DNA from: Verrucomicrobiota bacterium
GTDB lineage: Bacteria; Verrucomicrobiota; Verrucomicrobiia; Limisphaerales; SXQI01
DNA: 64,000 bases
NCBI GenBank assembly: GCA_033762115.1
Contig: JANRLX010000103.1
Span: 25,886 to 89,885 of the forward strand
Direction: 5' to 3'
Shown here: one piece after another, positions 46,804 to 57,498 of the stretch
How positions within the stretch are numbered: the first letter of the stretch is position 1
Layout: each line of letters starts with the position of its first letter
Notes under the pieces: model-generated
What the model was told of the DNA's origin: nothing
Database searches by the model: none
What the model saw: only the letters and a program-made list of their open reading frames with translations
Made by a program: the position numbers and the translations under genes

Positions 46804-49800
46804 TTAACGGGAGACTGTCTTTGCATGGTTCAGGAAAAGTGCTGTGGGAGCGGAGTTTTGCGTGACCGCCAGGTCCGGCAACCCATCATGATTAAAATCC
46901 CCCACCGCGCAGCCCCGCTGCTCACCCAGCAACCGGATGCCGCTCTCCTTCGCATTCAGCGCGCGGAATTGCCCTGCGCCATTACCCAGCAGAAGCAACC
47001 CCTGTCCCGCATCATAACGGGTCGATTCAGCGCGCACCGCGAAAAAATTTTGCGCAAGAAACAGATCGAGGTGTTTGTCATTGTTGAAATCGGCCGCGGC
47101 CATGTCAAAAACCGGTGCGAATTGCGCTTCCTGCGGCAAATCCACCGCCACGAATGCTCCCCCTCGATTGAGGAATAACGTCGTTTTCAGATGATTGACT
47201 TCAAGAAAGCCCGCCCTGGTTCCTTGCGCGGCAAGCAACTCCTCAATCCCCGCACGGGCAAAGGCATGGTGGGTCGGGAAACGTTCGCGAATGCGCGGAA
47301 AAAATTTTGCGTAATCATTCAGCGTTCGGGCGGGCACATACTTGCCCAGCTCGGGAGCGAAGTATGATTCAAGCGGATCAATCCGCTGGTCTCCGTCGAA
47401 ATCATTATAATAAAGGCGCAACGGCTTGACCCGATACGATTCATACTGCGTATTGCTGCCAAAATTCCCCGCCACAATATCCATGCTCCCATCCCCATCA
47501 AAATCACCTGCCGCCACGCTGGTCCACAATCCCTTGAGCCCTGCCAGTGTTGCATCCTGCCGTTCCACAAGTCGTCCCTGCCGGTTCGTGAACAGCCGGA
47601 TCGTTCCCCACTCCGTCGCCACCACCAAATCCTCCCAACCATCCTGATTCAGGTCCGTGAACAGGCTGGCAGTCACAAGCCCCAGGTTTGTCAAAATGTT
47701 GCCATGCTCCGTCGATGGAAAAAAATCTCCCTCCCGCTGCAACAACAGAAGCGATGAGGCAGGTTCAGGATAACGCCCAGGTTTGCTTCGGCCTCCCAGA
47801 AAAAGATCAGGCGAGCCGTCCCGATTCACATCACCGAGCGCCATCGTTCCCACGCTCGAATTCCACGCCGGGATAGGATTGGTCGAAAGCGAGCCGCTCA
47901 GATTGATTCGCACCACTGCATTGCCTGCCGCCAGGCCATCCTCATCGTTCGATTGCGCGATGAGCAACTGGCTTCCTCCGGTTGACGTGAGGATTGCCAC
48001 AGCAGATTGGTCACGCGTTGAAACCGGAAGCTGGCTTGCATTCGTGAACCTTCCATTTTCAACGTTTTGCAACAAAGCCAGGCGACCCCCTTTGCCGGCA
48101 GGCACGATCAAATCAGTCAGGCCATCCCTGTTGAAATCAGCAGCGGCCACCTTTGGCCCTTCATGGCTGAGCTTGCGCGGCAGGAACGGCTGGCGTGCAA
48201 AATCGTCAAACGGCGCATCCTGGTGAATGTGGCTCAACAGACCTGAAACATTCGTGAACAGTGACGCACTTTCCGGAGGTGCTGGCAGTCTCACTGCGGG
48301 AGTGTCTGGTTCACTGATCGTGTAATGAGTGTTCGCCGCACAGTTCGTCAGTTCTGTTTTCCGCCCCGAACGCCAATGCACCACGAGGCTGAATGGAGCC
48401 GAAGGCGCGGCAAATATCCGCACGGTCTGGTCTCCTGAAAGATATTTCCCACCCGCGATCACTTCACTTTGATTTGTGTAATCCCTCGTCCGAAGTTCGA
48501 TTCGCGATCCTATCGCGTTGTTGTTGGGTGATTTTCCCTTGAGCTGGATTGCCACCCGAGCGCCGGGAAAATCGTTTCGATAAATATGAGCAGGCGCATT
48601 GAGATTATTCAGTGCCAGATCGTAATCGCCGTCGTTATCCAGGTCAGCCAGCCCCAGGCCATGCGAAATGGCTGGTATGGTGAATCCCCAGGCCTTTCCC
48701 ACTTCTTCAAAGCGCAGGTTCCCCTGGTTTCGAAAAGCGACCAGCGGTGTGCTGAAATCGGGATAATTGGTCCGCAGCATCAGTTGTTCCTTTGGATCGA
48801 GCTTCCTCGACGCTTGCATCGATTTGATCAACTCATTCGCATCGGCATCGCGCACATCCCGACTGAACCCGTTCGAAACCAGCAAATCCTCCCACCCATC
48901 AAGGTCAAAATCGGCGAAGGCCGGTGTCCACGACCAGGAGGAAGCCTCCACCCCGGCCAGGCAGGCAATTTCTGCGTAGCTGCCGTCCCCGCGATTCAGG
49001 TAAAGCATGTTGCGGGGCGATTGCGGTCGAAACCCAAGGTCACCCGCCCGATACTCCGGATAATGATTCCCCTCCAGCTGGGTCAATCGCCGCTGATGAT
49101 CGCGACTCAACATGTCCAGAACGATAAAATCCAGATGCCCGTCGCGATTGATGTCAGCGGCATCGACCCCCATCGATGAAAGGCACGTTTGCCGAAACAC
49201 ATGCGCAGCTGCCGCGCGAAACGTCCCTTTGCCATTATTGATCCAGAAACGGTCTGGCGAATGGCTGTCGTTGCAAACGTAAATATCCGGTGCTCCGTCG
49301 CCGTTGAAATCGCGCATCAACACTCCCAGTCCCCAGTCGTAGGGAATAGACGCCACCTCTCCGTTTTCATCCAGGAACGCCCCCGAATTCCACGGCACAT
49401 GGAGAAACCGCCCTCCTCCATTATTCAAATAATACCGGTCTGCCTGGCCATGCTCGAGCGGTCCGCCATTTGGCCCGATGCTGAATCTTCCCTGCAATTC
49501 GGGAGAGGTCACGGGAACACCGTTAAATTTTGTGATACGCCTCTGCCCGCCGATGGTCCCAAGCGTGAAACCAGCTGGTACCTGGTCTGGCAGGGCAATC
49601 GGCCGGTAGGCCGAAACATACAGATCCAGGTCCCCATCCCCATCAGTATCCGCAAGCGCAACGCTCATGGCGGCAATGTTGGTGGATAATCCGGAGGCAG
49701 CGGTCTGGTCCTGAAAAGTTCCGTTTCCTTGATTGATAAAAAGCGTCGTTCCCCGGTTCAAACTATTCACCAGCAGATCAACATCTCCATCCCCGTCGAT

Positions 49801-50172
49801 ATCCGCAAAGACTGCCCCGGTCGCATCCAATCCCGGCGCGGCCACTCCTGCCTTCTCTGTAATCTCTTCAAAGCGAAAATCGCCGAGGTTCCGAAACAAC
49901 TTGTTCTCTGAATCGATTCCGCACAGGTACAAATCGCACCAGCCATCCCCATCGACATCACCAAATGCAAGGCCGGAGCCGTTATTAATCGGGGAATTTG
50001 TGATCGAATGATCGAGGTTCAGGACATTGGTGAACAGGACCCCGCTGTTCGTCACCAGTGTGAATCCCTTTTTCCCGGTGGGTTGTTCAGGCAGGGCGCG
50101 GGTAATAATTTCCTGCGCGGCCAGTTCCACTCTGCACAACAGGATGAGTAAAAGAAGCGGTCGCAAGCGCAC
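46804..50172 (-). CDS. FG-GAP/VCBS-repeat ASPIC/UnbV (CRTAC1-like) secreted protein, paralog 3; start GTG 50172 or ATG 50211
   Basis: Many DxDGDGxxDL repeats, WSWTP, central ASPIC/UnbV (AIGSRI...GKYLSG..IF...W.SG); lacks the terminal UnbV domain of its paralogs. Confidence 0.88.
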   Translation of the reverse strand: MRLRPLLLLILLCRVELAAQEIITRALPEQPTGKKGFTLVTNSGVLFTNVLNLDHSITNSPINNGSGLAFGDVDGDGWCDLYLCGIDSENKLFRNLGDFRFEEITEKAGVAAPGLDATGAVFADIDGDGDVDLLVNSLNRGTTLFINQGNGTFQDQTAASGLSTNIAAMSVALADTDGDGDLDLYVSAYRPIALPDQVPAGFTLGTIGGQRRITKFNGVPVTSPELQGRFSIGPNGGPLEHGQADRYYLNNGGGRFLHVPWNSGAFLDENGEVASIPYDWGLGVLMRDFNGDGAPDIYVCNDSHSPDRFWINNGKGTFRAAAAHVFRQTCLSSMGVDAADINRDGHLDFIVLDMLSRDHQRRLTQLEGNHYPEYRAGDLGFRPQSPRNMLYLNRGDGSYAEIACLAGVEASSWSWTPAFADFDLDGWEDLLVSNGFSRDVRDADANELIKSMQASRKLDPKEQLMLRTNYPDFSTPLVAFRNQGNLRFEEVGKAWGFTIPAISHGLGLADLDNDGDYDLALNNLNAPAHIYRNDFPGARVAIQLKGKSPNNNAIGSRIELRTRDYTNQSEVIAGGKYLSGDQTVRIFAAPSAPFSLVVHWRSGRKTELTNCAANTHYTISEPDTPAVRLPAPPESASLFTNVSGLLSHIHQDAPFDDFARQPFLPRKLSHEGPKVAAADFNRDGLTDLIVPAGKGGRLALLQNVENGRFTNASQLPVSTRDQSAVAILTSTGGSQLLIAQSNDEDGLAAGNAVVRINLSGSLSTNPIPAWNSSVGTMALGDVNRDGSPDLFLGGRSKPGRYPEPASSLLLLQREGDFFPSTEHGNILTNLGLVTASLFTDLNQDGWEDLVVATEWGTIRLFTNRQGRLVERQDATLAGLKGLWTSVAAGDFDGDGSMDIVAGNFGSNTQYESYRVKPLRLYYNDFDGDQRIDPLESYFAPELGKYVPARTLNDYAKFFPRIRERFPTHHAFARAGIEELLAAQGTRAGFLEVNHLKTTLFLNRGGAFVAVDLPQEAQFAPVFDMAAADFNNDKHLDLFLAQNFFAVRAESTRYDAGQGLLLLGNGAGQFRALNAKESGIRLLGEQRGCAVGDFNHDGLPDLAVTQNSAPTALFLNHAKTVSR

Positions 50173-50188
50173 CCATTTTCCGCTCAAA

Positions 50189-53100
50189 CTATTTCCAATC
50201 CACAGTTCCATCCTGCTTCACAATCAACAGTTTTCCCTCATCGCGCAATGGCACGCGCGTTTGCCTTCCCCCCGGCCATGAAATTTCCAGTTCCTCCGTT
50301 GCAGCGGGCCGCGCCACCACCTGGACCGGGGAATTGCAACTCCAATAGCCGCTCCCTGCCTGAATTTCCCGTGCAGGGCCGCTCCTTGTCGATGATCTGA
50401 CCCGGAGCTGTGCGCCGATCGCATTTCGGTTTTCTCGCGTCCCGATCAATTGAACCCTCAATCCCGGTGCGCCTCCTCGATTCTGAAAAAGCTGCGTATC
50501 ACTCCCGTTTTGGCTGACCGCCAGATCGACCCGCCCATCCTGATTGTAATCACAAACCGCTGCTGCCCGTTGATCCCCGTCGATTGCAATTCCGCTCCCG
50601 CTGGAACTCATCGGTTCGAACTCGCCAGTTCCATTTCCCCTCAGGAGTAATCCCCTCCCTGAATCATGCCGGGTAATCTGCGGAGAGACCCCGAAAAAAT
50701 TTTGCGCGACAAAAATATCTTCATTCCGGTCACCATCAAAATCCGCCACCGCCAGGCCGAACACAGGCGAAAGCTGCGCTTCAGGCGGCAGCGGTTGCAT
50801 TTTGAAACGGTTTCCCTCATTCATGAAAACTGCGCTTTGCAAACAGTTAACCGAAAGCGTGGCTGGCTTTTGAAAACCGCCCAGGATCGTTTTGATGTCC
50901 GCACTCCCAAAAGCCGCGTAAGTGGGAAACCGTCCTCTCAATGCCGGGATTGCCGCGCTCAAATTGTTGAAATCCCGGACCGGCACCTCGCGCCCCTCTT
51001 CAATCATCGTTTCGATCAAATCCAGAGAGCCGCTCGAATCAAAATCCCCATAATAAACCGTGAATGGCCGGGCGGCGCTCGCTCGGTAACCTGTGTTCAG
51101 CCCCCAGTTCCCCGCGACAAAATCCATCTGCCCATCATTGTTAAAATCTCCTGCGGCGATGCTGTTCCAGAATCCGGAAAACGCCTCGGTCTCATACTGC
51201 GCCGAGGCATCCTGGAATGTTCCCTTGTTCAGGAGGACCTTGATCGTCCCCCATTCCCTTGAAAGCAACAAATCGGGAGCATGGTCCTGGTTGAGATCAA
51301 TGAAAATGGCCGCCGTAACCATCCCTATGTTTGTCAGCACGGTCTGCCGAACATCCGGGAGGTACCGTCCACCCTCATTTTTCAGGAGCAGCGAGGATGC
51401 AGCCATTGGATATTTTCCGGGAATCGCCCGCCCGCCCACAAACAGGTCCAGGTCTCCATCTCCATCAATATCCGCCATCGCCACCGGCCCGACGCTCGAT
51501 GACATTGCCGGGGCAATCGCCGCCCCCTCCCCGCTTTGAAGATCCAACGCACGCACCGGAGGATCGATTGGCAATCCATCTTCATGATTCGACGATCCAG
51601 CCACAAGCTGCGTTGGCGTTCCTTCAAGCAGCAGCAACGAAGTCTGGTCACGGGCTAATTTAATGCTGAATTGGTTGCTCACCCGTTGAAAATTCTCCCT
51701 GCCATTCTTCAGGAAGGCCATGCTCCCGCCGCGACTTCCTCCCACGATTAAATCCTCCCGCCCATCCCCATCAAAATCTCCCCAGGCCAGCCCCGGCCCA
51801 CCCTGGCTCACTTTTCTCGGCAGGAGAGGTTGCCGCGCAAAATCATCAAACAGATTTTCCTCATGTCGATGGGAGAGTTGCTCCGATACATTTTGAAATA
51901 AGGGCGGCGGCCGGGTTGTTGAAGCAGGAGCCACTTTCTTTTCCGGATCGTACTCGATGATATAGGCGTGGTTTTGCACCAGGTTCGTGTGGAGGGTTCG
52001 CGTGCCGCCTGGCCATCGCACTTCCACATCCATTGTTTCTTTTTTCGCCGCAAACACCCGGAGTGTGTCGCCGCCTGAAAGATACCTGCCCCCCGCAATG
52101 ATCTCCTGCGATTGCTCCATCCCGCCTCGGACAATCACCCGCGCGCCAATTGCCTGGCTGTTTTGGCCGCTCCCTTTCAATCGAATCGAAAGACGCGGGG
52201 CCGGACAATCATTTCGGTACAGGCTTGCTGCTTGGTTCAGATTATTCACCACCAGGTCAAGGTCCCCATCCAGGTCCAGGTCCGCCGCCGCAATTCCATG
52301 CGAGACACCCGGCAAATCGAATCGCCATTCAGCCGAATAGTTGGTGAAGGTGCCATCCCCCCGGTTTTTAAAGGCGAGGTTCTCAAGCATCAGCGGCGGA
52401 TACATCAACAATTTCTGCGGCATCCGTTCTTTTGACCAGGGCCCGCTGGCTGCTATCCGTTGCTCTGCATCCTGGTCCTGTGTATCAAACATGTTCCCCG
52501 TGGTGATCAGCAAATCCTCATAATCATCCAGGTCGACATCGATGAAAAGCGGGGACCAGGACCACCCCGTGGCTTCCACTCCTGCCCTCCAGGCGGCTTC
52601 CGCGAAAGTGCCGTCTCCCCGGGCCAGTTGAAGAACATTCCGGTCAAGTTGCTGGCGTTCCCCAAAAACTCCGGGAAGCTGCTCCGATTTTTCTCCCAGC
52701 AACTGGCGCATCCGCCGCTCATGCTTCCGGTCCAGCATATCAAGCACGAGGTAATCATCATCCCCGTCACGGTCCACATCAGAAAAATCGATTCCCATCG
52801 AAAAGGTTGAGGAACTGCGGATCGCCAACGGGGATGCTTCCATGAATTTTCCTTTTCCGCTGTTCAGCCAGATTCGATCCGGCGAATGAAAATCGTTGCA
52901 CACGTAAAGGTCAGGCAGGCCATCCATGTTGATGTCACGGAACATCGCCGTAAGCCCCCAGTCACGCGGCGCTTTCTTCAACGGCTGCCCGGAGGCATCG
53001 AGGAAATTTCCCGAAGCAAAGGAAAGTTCCCGGAATTTCCCATTCCCCTCATTGAGATAAAAATAATCCACCTGCCCATGCTCAAGCAACCGGCCATCCG

Positions 53101-53773
53101 GCGTCAGTTCATAATCTTCCCGGTCCTCCGGCCTCAACATGCGTTTCCCACCCACAGTCAGGAGGCTGAACCCGCTCGTCCGGATCGTGTTGGTCCGGTA
53201 ATTCGTCACATATAAATCAAGGTCGCTATCCCCATCCACATCCGCCAGCGCAAGCGACATGCTCCCTCCTTTTCGATGCAGTCCCGAGTTCAACTGCTCG
53301 GAAAAATTTCCTGCGCCATCGTTAAGGAAAAACCGCGTCCCGGTGCCCAGCCCATTCACAAGCAGGTCAAGATCGCTGTCCCCATCCAGATCAGCAAAGG
53401 TCGCCCCGGTTGAGAAATGATTGCTGCACGCCACACCTGCTTTCATTGCGCGCTCCTCGAATTTCCAGTTACCCTGGTTGAGATAGAGCGCATTGGCATC
53501 CCCCAGCCGGCACAGGTAAATATCGGCCAATCCATCTCCATTCACGTCACCCAGCGCCACCCCCGAGCCGTTTAACCGAATCTGATTTTCAGCCGCAGCT
53601 TCACTGGAAAGAATATTTGTGAATTCGACTCCCGTGCTCGCGGGTGCAAGAAGTGTGAAACCAGTCGGGCGCGAAGCATCGAAATGAAGCGCTTTGCCGG
53701 AAATCTCTGCCGCCTGCCCTGCCACGGCGAAGGCAGTCAGCAGCAATCCCGGCACTGTGGCGTGAAACCGCAT
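50189..53773 (-). CDS. FG-GAP/VCBS-repeat ASPIC/UnbV (CRTAC1-like) secreted protein, paralog 2
   Basis: NGSGVALGDVNGDG, repeated DxDxDGxxD, two UnbV-like segments (GRYLSG; GSGYWS..WPGG). Confidence 0.9.
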   Translation of the reverse strand: MRFHATVPGLLLTAFAVAGQAAEISGKALHFDASRPTGFTLLAPASTGVEFTNILSSEAAAENQIRLNGSGVALGDVNGDGLADIYLCRLGDANALYLNQGNWKFEERAMKAGVACSNHFSTGATFADLDGDSDLDLLVNGLGTGTRFFLNDGAGNFSEQLNSGLHRKGGSMSLALADVDGDSDLDLYVTNYRTNTIRTSGFSLLTVGGKRMLRPEDREDYELTPDGRLLEHGQVDYFYLNEGNGKFRELSFASGNFLDASGQPLKKAPRDWGLTAMFRDINMDGLPDLYVCNDFHSPDRIWLNSGKGKFMEASPLAIRSSSTFSMGIDFSDVDRDGDDDYLVLDMLDRKHERRMRQLLGEKSEQLPGVFGERQQLDRNVLQLARGDGTFAEAAWRAGVEATGWSWSPLFIDVDLDDYEDLLITTGNMFDTQDQDAEQRIAASGPWSKERMPQKLLMYPPLMLENLAFKNRGDGTFTNYSAEWRFDLPGVSHGIAAADLDLDGDLDLVVNNLNQAASLYRNDCPAPRLSIRLKGSGQNSQAIGARVIVRGGMEQSQEIIAGGRYLSGGDTLRVFAAKKETMDVEVRWPGGTRTLHTNLVQNHAYIIEYDPEKKVAPASTTRPPPLFQNVSEQLSHRHEENLFDDFARQPLLPRKVSQGGPGLAWGDFDGDGREDLIVGGSRGGSMAFLKNGRENFQRVSNQFSIKLARDQTSLLLLEGTPTQLVAGSSNHEDGLPIDPPVRALDLQSGEGAAIAPAMSSSVGPVAMADIDGDGDLDLFVGGRAIPGKYPMAASSLLLKNEGGRYLPDVRQTVLTNIGMVTAAIFIDLNQDHAPDLLLSREWGTIKVLLNKGTFQDASAQYETEAFSGFWNSIAAGDFNNDGQMDFVAGNWGLNTGYRASAARPFTVYYGDFDSSGSLDLIETMIEEGREVPVRDFNNLSAAIPALRGRFPTYAAFGSADIKTILGGFQKPATLSVNCLQSAVFMNEGNRFKMQPLPPEAQLSPVFGLAVADFDGDRNEDIFVAQNFFGVSPQITRHDSGRGLLLRGNGTGEFEPMSSSGSGIAIDGDQRAAAVCDYNQDGRVDLAVSQNGSDTQLFQNRGGAPGLRVQLIGTRENRNAIGAQLRVRSSTRSGPAREIQAGSGYWSCNSPVQVVARPAATEELEISWPGGRQTRVPLRDEGKLLIVKQDGTVDWK

Positions 53774-53776
53774 CGC

Positions 53777-56700
53777 CTACTTTACCACTTCCAGCGGGCC
53801 TTGCGCAGTCAGAAGAATTTCACCGGCATTCGCAGGCAACGTATAACCGCTCGAATCACCACCCGGCCAATAAACCTTCACCTGGTCTCCCTGGCTGGCG
53901 GCAGTCAAAATCTGCACCAGGCTGTTTTGTGTCCAGTACCCGCAACCAGCCTGCACTTCATGCAAGGCACGCGTTCCGTCCTGGCGCAAATGCTCGATCT
54001 TTGCGCCGATCCCGCCCGGATTTCCTCTCGAATGCTTTAATCGCACCCGGATGCCCGGTTTTGCCTCGGCAGCTTCATAACAAACAGTCCGATTTCCATT
54101 CTGGCAAACCACCAGTTCCAACCTGCCGTCGCCGTCGACGTCAGCGGTCACCGCAGCCCGTTGCTCCCCATAAATTTTGATGCCGCTCTCTTCCCCCTCC
54201 ACACATTCAAAACCGCCACGGCCATTCCCTTTGATCAGGATTCCCCGTCCTCCATCATTCCGCGACGTTTCCGGGTCACACGCAAAAAAATTCTGGCTCA
54301 TGAAAATATCCATGCTTCCATCCCCGTCAAAATCCGCGGGGACCACCGCAAACCCGGGCGCAAACTGGGAGATCGGCGGAAGTGGCCGGGCATGAAAACC
54401 ATCCGGCAAATTTAAAAATAATGTGTGTTCCAATGTCCGCGCCTCGAGGAACGATACCTTGCCAAATCCATTCAAAATCTCCTCAGCCGTGGCACTGGCA
54501 AACGCCTGGTGGGTCGGATATCTCTGGCGCAACGTGGGAAAAATACGACTTTGATATTTCAGCCCCCGGTCCGGCACATAAGTATTTCTTTCCCGGTCCA
54601 GATGCGCTTCCAGTAACTCTACCGTTCCATCCTGGTTGGCATCCGTGAAATAAATCCGTGGATTGCGATAAATCTCATACTTCGTGTTTCTTCCGCAATT
54701 GCTCGCCACGATATCCAGTCGCCCGTCCCCGTTGAAATCAGCCGTCGCCACGCCGTTCCACAACCCGCTCATTGTTTCCAGCCCGAGCCGTCGCGTCTGC
54801 TCCACAAACGTTCCCTTTTCATTCACAAACACGCGGATCGGCCCCCATTCAGTCGCCAATACCAAATCCACCCAGCCATCCCCTGTCACATCGCTGAACA
54901 CCGCGCCGCTCACCATCCCGATCTCCCTGAACGGCCCGGAAGCGTTCTCATCCCGGCTCAGCCCCCGTGCATCCCTGCGATAAATAAATGATGAAACCGC
55001 CACCGGATATTTCCCCGCCAATACCCTGCCTCCCACGAAAAGGTCCAGGTCCCCATCCCGGTCAATATCCGCCGCTGCGAGCGGCCCAATCCCCACCGGC
55101 AGCCGGTCCAGTTCCTTCGCTTCGACCTCCCCCTGCCGCAGCGCCACCAGCGCGGAGTCAGTCCCGCTTTGATATCCTGAAATGGCATACACGATTTCCA
55201 TGTTCCCTTCCGCTGAAGGAACCATCACCATGCCAGCGATATCTCCGGGGCATGCCGGGAATGTAACCTTACTTCGTTGAAAACCATTCGCCCCTACTTC
55301 AAACAATTCGATCCTTCCCCCCGCGCCGCTTCCAATCAAAAGCTCATCCCGTGCATCTCCATTCCAATCCCCGCTCACCAGCGCAGGTCCCGGCTGGCAA
55401 AGCTTCCTCGGCAGGCCCGGTTGCCTCGCAATATCATCAAATGAATCCTCATGATGCCGATGCGGCAGCTTGTCCGAAACCTCCCGGAAAAGCGGTCGCG
55501 GTTTCCTTCTCAAATCCTCCGGCAGCGGTTCGGAAACCTCTTCATCAATTTCATAAATCCTGTTTGCCACCGCATTTTTAACCACACTCCTGCTTCCCTG
55601 TCTCCAGATCACCTCGATGGTAAATTGGTTCGTCGCATTCCACGCCGCGAAAGTCCGCATCGGTTCATCCCCCGCAAGATACCGGCCTCCGGCAATGATT
55701 TCCTGCTGCTGCTCCACAGGGCCGCCAAGCACCTTGATCTTTCCCCCGATCCCGAACCGGTTTGGCGCTTTCCCCTTCAACCTTACCGCCAGTCGGGGGG
55801 CTGCTGAATCATTCCGATAAATCAACGGCGGCGCGTTGATGCAATTCAGAATCACATCCTGGTCCCCATCCCGGTCCAGGTCCGCCAATGCCATCCCATG
55901 CGCAATCGACGTGGAATCAAACCCCCATTCACGGCTCACATCCTCAAACCGCAGGTTTTTCAGGTTGTGGAACGCCGCCTTCGGGGGATCGAGCACCGGG
56001 TAACGTTCAAGCACCGTCGCATTTTTTTTCCCCCGCTCAGTCGCCACCGCTTCCGCCACATCCAGGTCATTCACATCATGCATATGCCCGTTGCTCACGA
56101 GCACATCCTCGTAACCATCCAGGTCTGCATCCAAAAAAATCGGCGCCCACGACCAGTCCGATGCCGCCAGCCCGCTGTAAAACCCAATTTCACTGTAAGT
56201 CCCATCCCCCCGGTTCCAGTAAAGCGCATTCCGCGCCACTTCCTCCCGTCCTTCCAGGTCTCCCGGCACCCGAAAAATCCCCATCATCGCTGAAGATTGC
56301 CGGATCCCCCTCTGATGAGAGCGGCTGAGCATTTCGACCGTAAAAATTTCCAGCTTCCCATCCCGGTCCAGGTCCGCCATGTCCACTCCCATTGAGGCAT
56401 AGCTCATGTTCCGGATCGCCAGCTTCTCAATCGCCCGGAATTTCCCTTTCCCATCATTCAGCCAGATCCGGTCCGGTGTTTGAAAATCGTTGCACACATA
56501 AATGTCCGGGTCATGGTCCCCATCGATATCACGGATTTGTACCGCCAACCCAAAATCCAGCGGCGGTGCCATCGGCTTTCCCTCTTCATCCAGGAATGTC
56601 GCTGGCCATGGCGCTTCACTGAACAGCCCGTTCCCTTTATTGAAAAAACAGAAATCCGGTTCCCCCAGCTCGATGTACGCATTATTGACGATCTTCAGCC

Positions 56701-57391
56701 GGTTTGCATAACGCCCCTGCACCACCGGTTTGCCATTGACCAGCTTCGTCGAAAAAGTCCCCCCGTCCCGCAGGATCGCCACGATGGCGAAATTGTTGAT
56801 ATACAGGTCAAGCGGGCCATCCCCGTTCATATCCCCCAGTGCCATCGACGTGGTGTTCCCCTTCAATTCAAGCCCTGCCTCCACCGTGATGTTGCTGAAC
56901 GTCCCGTTCCGCTGGTTGATCCAGAGCGCATTCGGCCCCCCAAACGACGTCACCAGCAGGTCCAGCGCTCCATCCCCGTTCACATCCGCAAAAACCGCCC
57001 CTGACGAAGATTGCTCCGCCATTGCCACCCCCGCCTTTGCTGTCACATTTTCAAATTTCCAATTCCCCAGGTTCCGATACAACGCACTCGGACCCTCCTT
57101 GTTGCAAAAAAACAGGTCGCACCACCCATCCCCATCATAATCCCCCGCTGCCAGTCCGCTCCCATTCATCAGGTTCTGCCGCTTCTGGATTTTTTCAGCC
57201 GCGATCCGGTTCGTAAACGCGATCCCCATCCCGGAATTATTCTGCAACGTGAAGCCGGTCTTCCCCTCCGCCGGGACCAGCAATGCCGCTGACCGATACC
57301 CGGAATGGGCTTCCCATTGAACCTCGTTGGCGTTTAGGGACAACTCGACGGCAAGGTACAGCACGATGCTGGGAAGCACACTGTTCTTCAT
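53777..57391 (-). CDS. FG-GAP/VCBS-repeat ASPIC/UnbV (CRTAC1-like) secreted protein, paralog 1
   Basis: Same architecture as its neighbours (NGSGLAAGDYDGDG, WSWAP, GRYLAG, GCGYW..WPGG). Confidence 0.9.
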   Translation of the reverse strand: MKNSVLPSIVLYLAVELSLNANEVQWEAHSGYRSAALLVPAEGKTGFTLQNNSGMGIAFTNRIAAEKIQKRQNLMNGSGLAAGDYDGDGWCDLFFCNKEGPSALYRNLGNWKFENVTAKAGVAMAEQSSSGAVFADVNGDGALDLLVTSFGGPNALWINQRNGTFSNITVEAGLELKGNTTSMALGDMNGDGPLDLYINNFAIVAILRDGGTFSTKLVNGKPVVQGRYANRLKIVNNAYIELGEPDFCFFNKGNGLFSEAPWPATFLDEEGKPMAPPLDFGLAVQIRDIDGDHDPDIYVCNDFQTPDRIWLNDGKGKFRAIEKLAIRNMSYASMGVDMADLDRDGKLEIFTVEMLSRSHQRGIRQSSAMMGIFRVPGDLEGREEVARNALYWNRGDGTYSEIGFYSGLAASDWSWAPIFLDADLDGYEDVLVSNGHMHDVNDLDVAEAVATERGKKNATVLERYPVLDPPKAAFHNLKNLRFEDVSREWGFDSTSIAHGMALADLDRDGDQDVILNCINAPPLIYRNDSAAPRLAVRLKGKAPNRFGIGGKIKVLGGPVEQQQEIIAGGRYLAGDEPMRTFAAWNATNQFTIEVIWRQGSRSVVKNAVANRIYEIDEEVSEPLPEDLRRKPRPLFREVSDKLPHRHHEDSFDDIARQPGLPRKLCQPGPALVSGDWNGDARDELLIGSGAGGRIELFEVGANGFQRSKVTFPACPGDIAGMVMVPSAEGNMEIVYAISGYQSGTDSALVALRQGEVEAKELDRLPVGIGPLAAADIDRDGDLDLFVGGRVLAGKYPVAVSSFIYRRDARGLSRDENASGPFREIGMVSGAVFSDVTGDGWVDLVLATEWGPIRVFVNEKGTFVEQTRRLGLETMSGLWNGVATADFNGDGRLDIVASNCGRNTKYEIYRNPRIYFTDANQDGTVELLEAHLDRERNTYVPDRGLKYQSRIFPTLRQRYPTHQAFASATAEEILNGFGKVSFLEARTLEHTLFLNLPDGFHARPLPPISQFAPGFAVVPADFDGDGSMDIFMSQNFFACDPETSRNDGGRGILIKGNGRGGFECVEGEESGIKIYGEQRAAVTADVDGDGRLELVVCQNGNRTVCYEAAEAKPGIRVRLKHSRGNPGGIGAKIEHLRQDGTRALHEVQAGCGYWTQNSLVQILTAASQGDQVKVYWPGGDSSGYTLPANAGEILLTAQGPLEVVK

Positions 57392-57498
57392 GGGTCGCGC
57401 CGAGATTAGGGCTGCTAACCTTTAATGGCAATTCCAAACCAACCTGATTTGCTAATTCCCGCTGGCACCCTGAATTTTCGGGGCTTATCCTCTTCCCA

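Noticed and set aside
46804..57391. Recurring nucleotide motifs suggesting a repeat array or CRISPR
   Set aside because: They are the encoded DxDGDG (FG-GAP) protein repeats; no fixed-length repeat-spacer structure or cas genes anywhere in the window.
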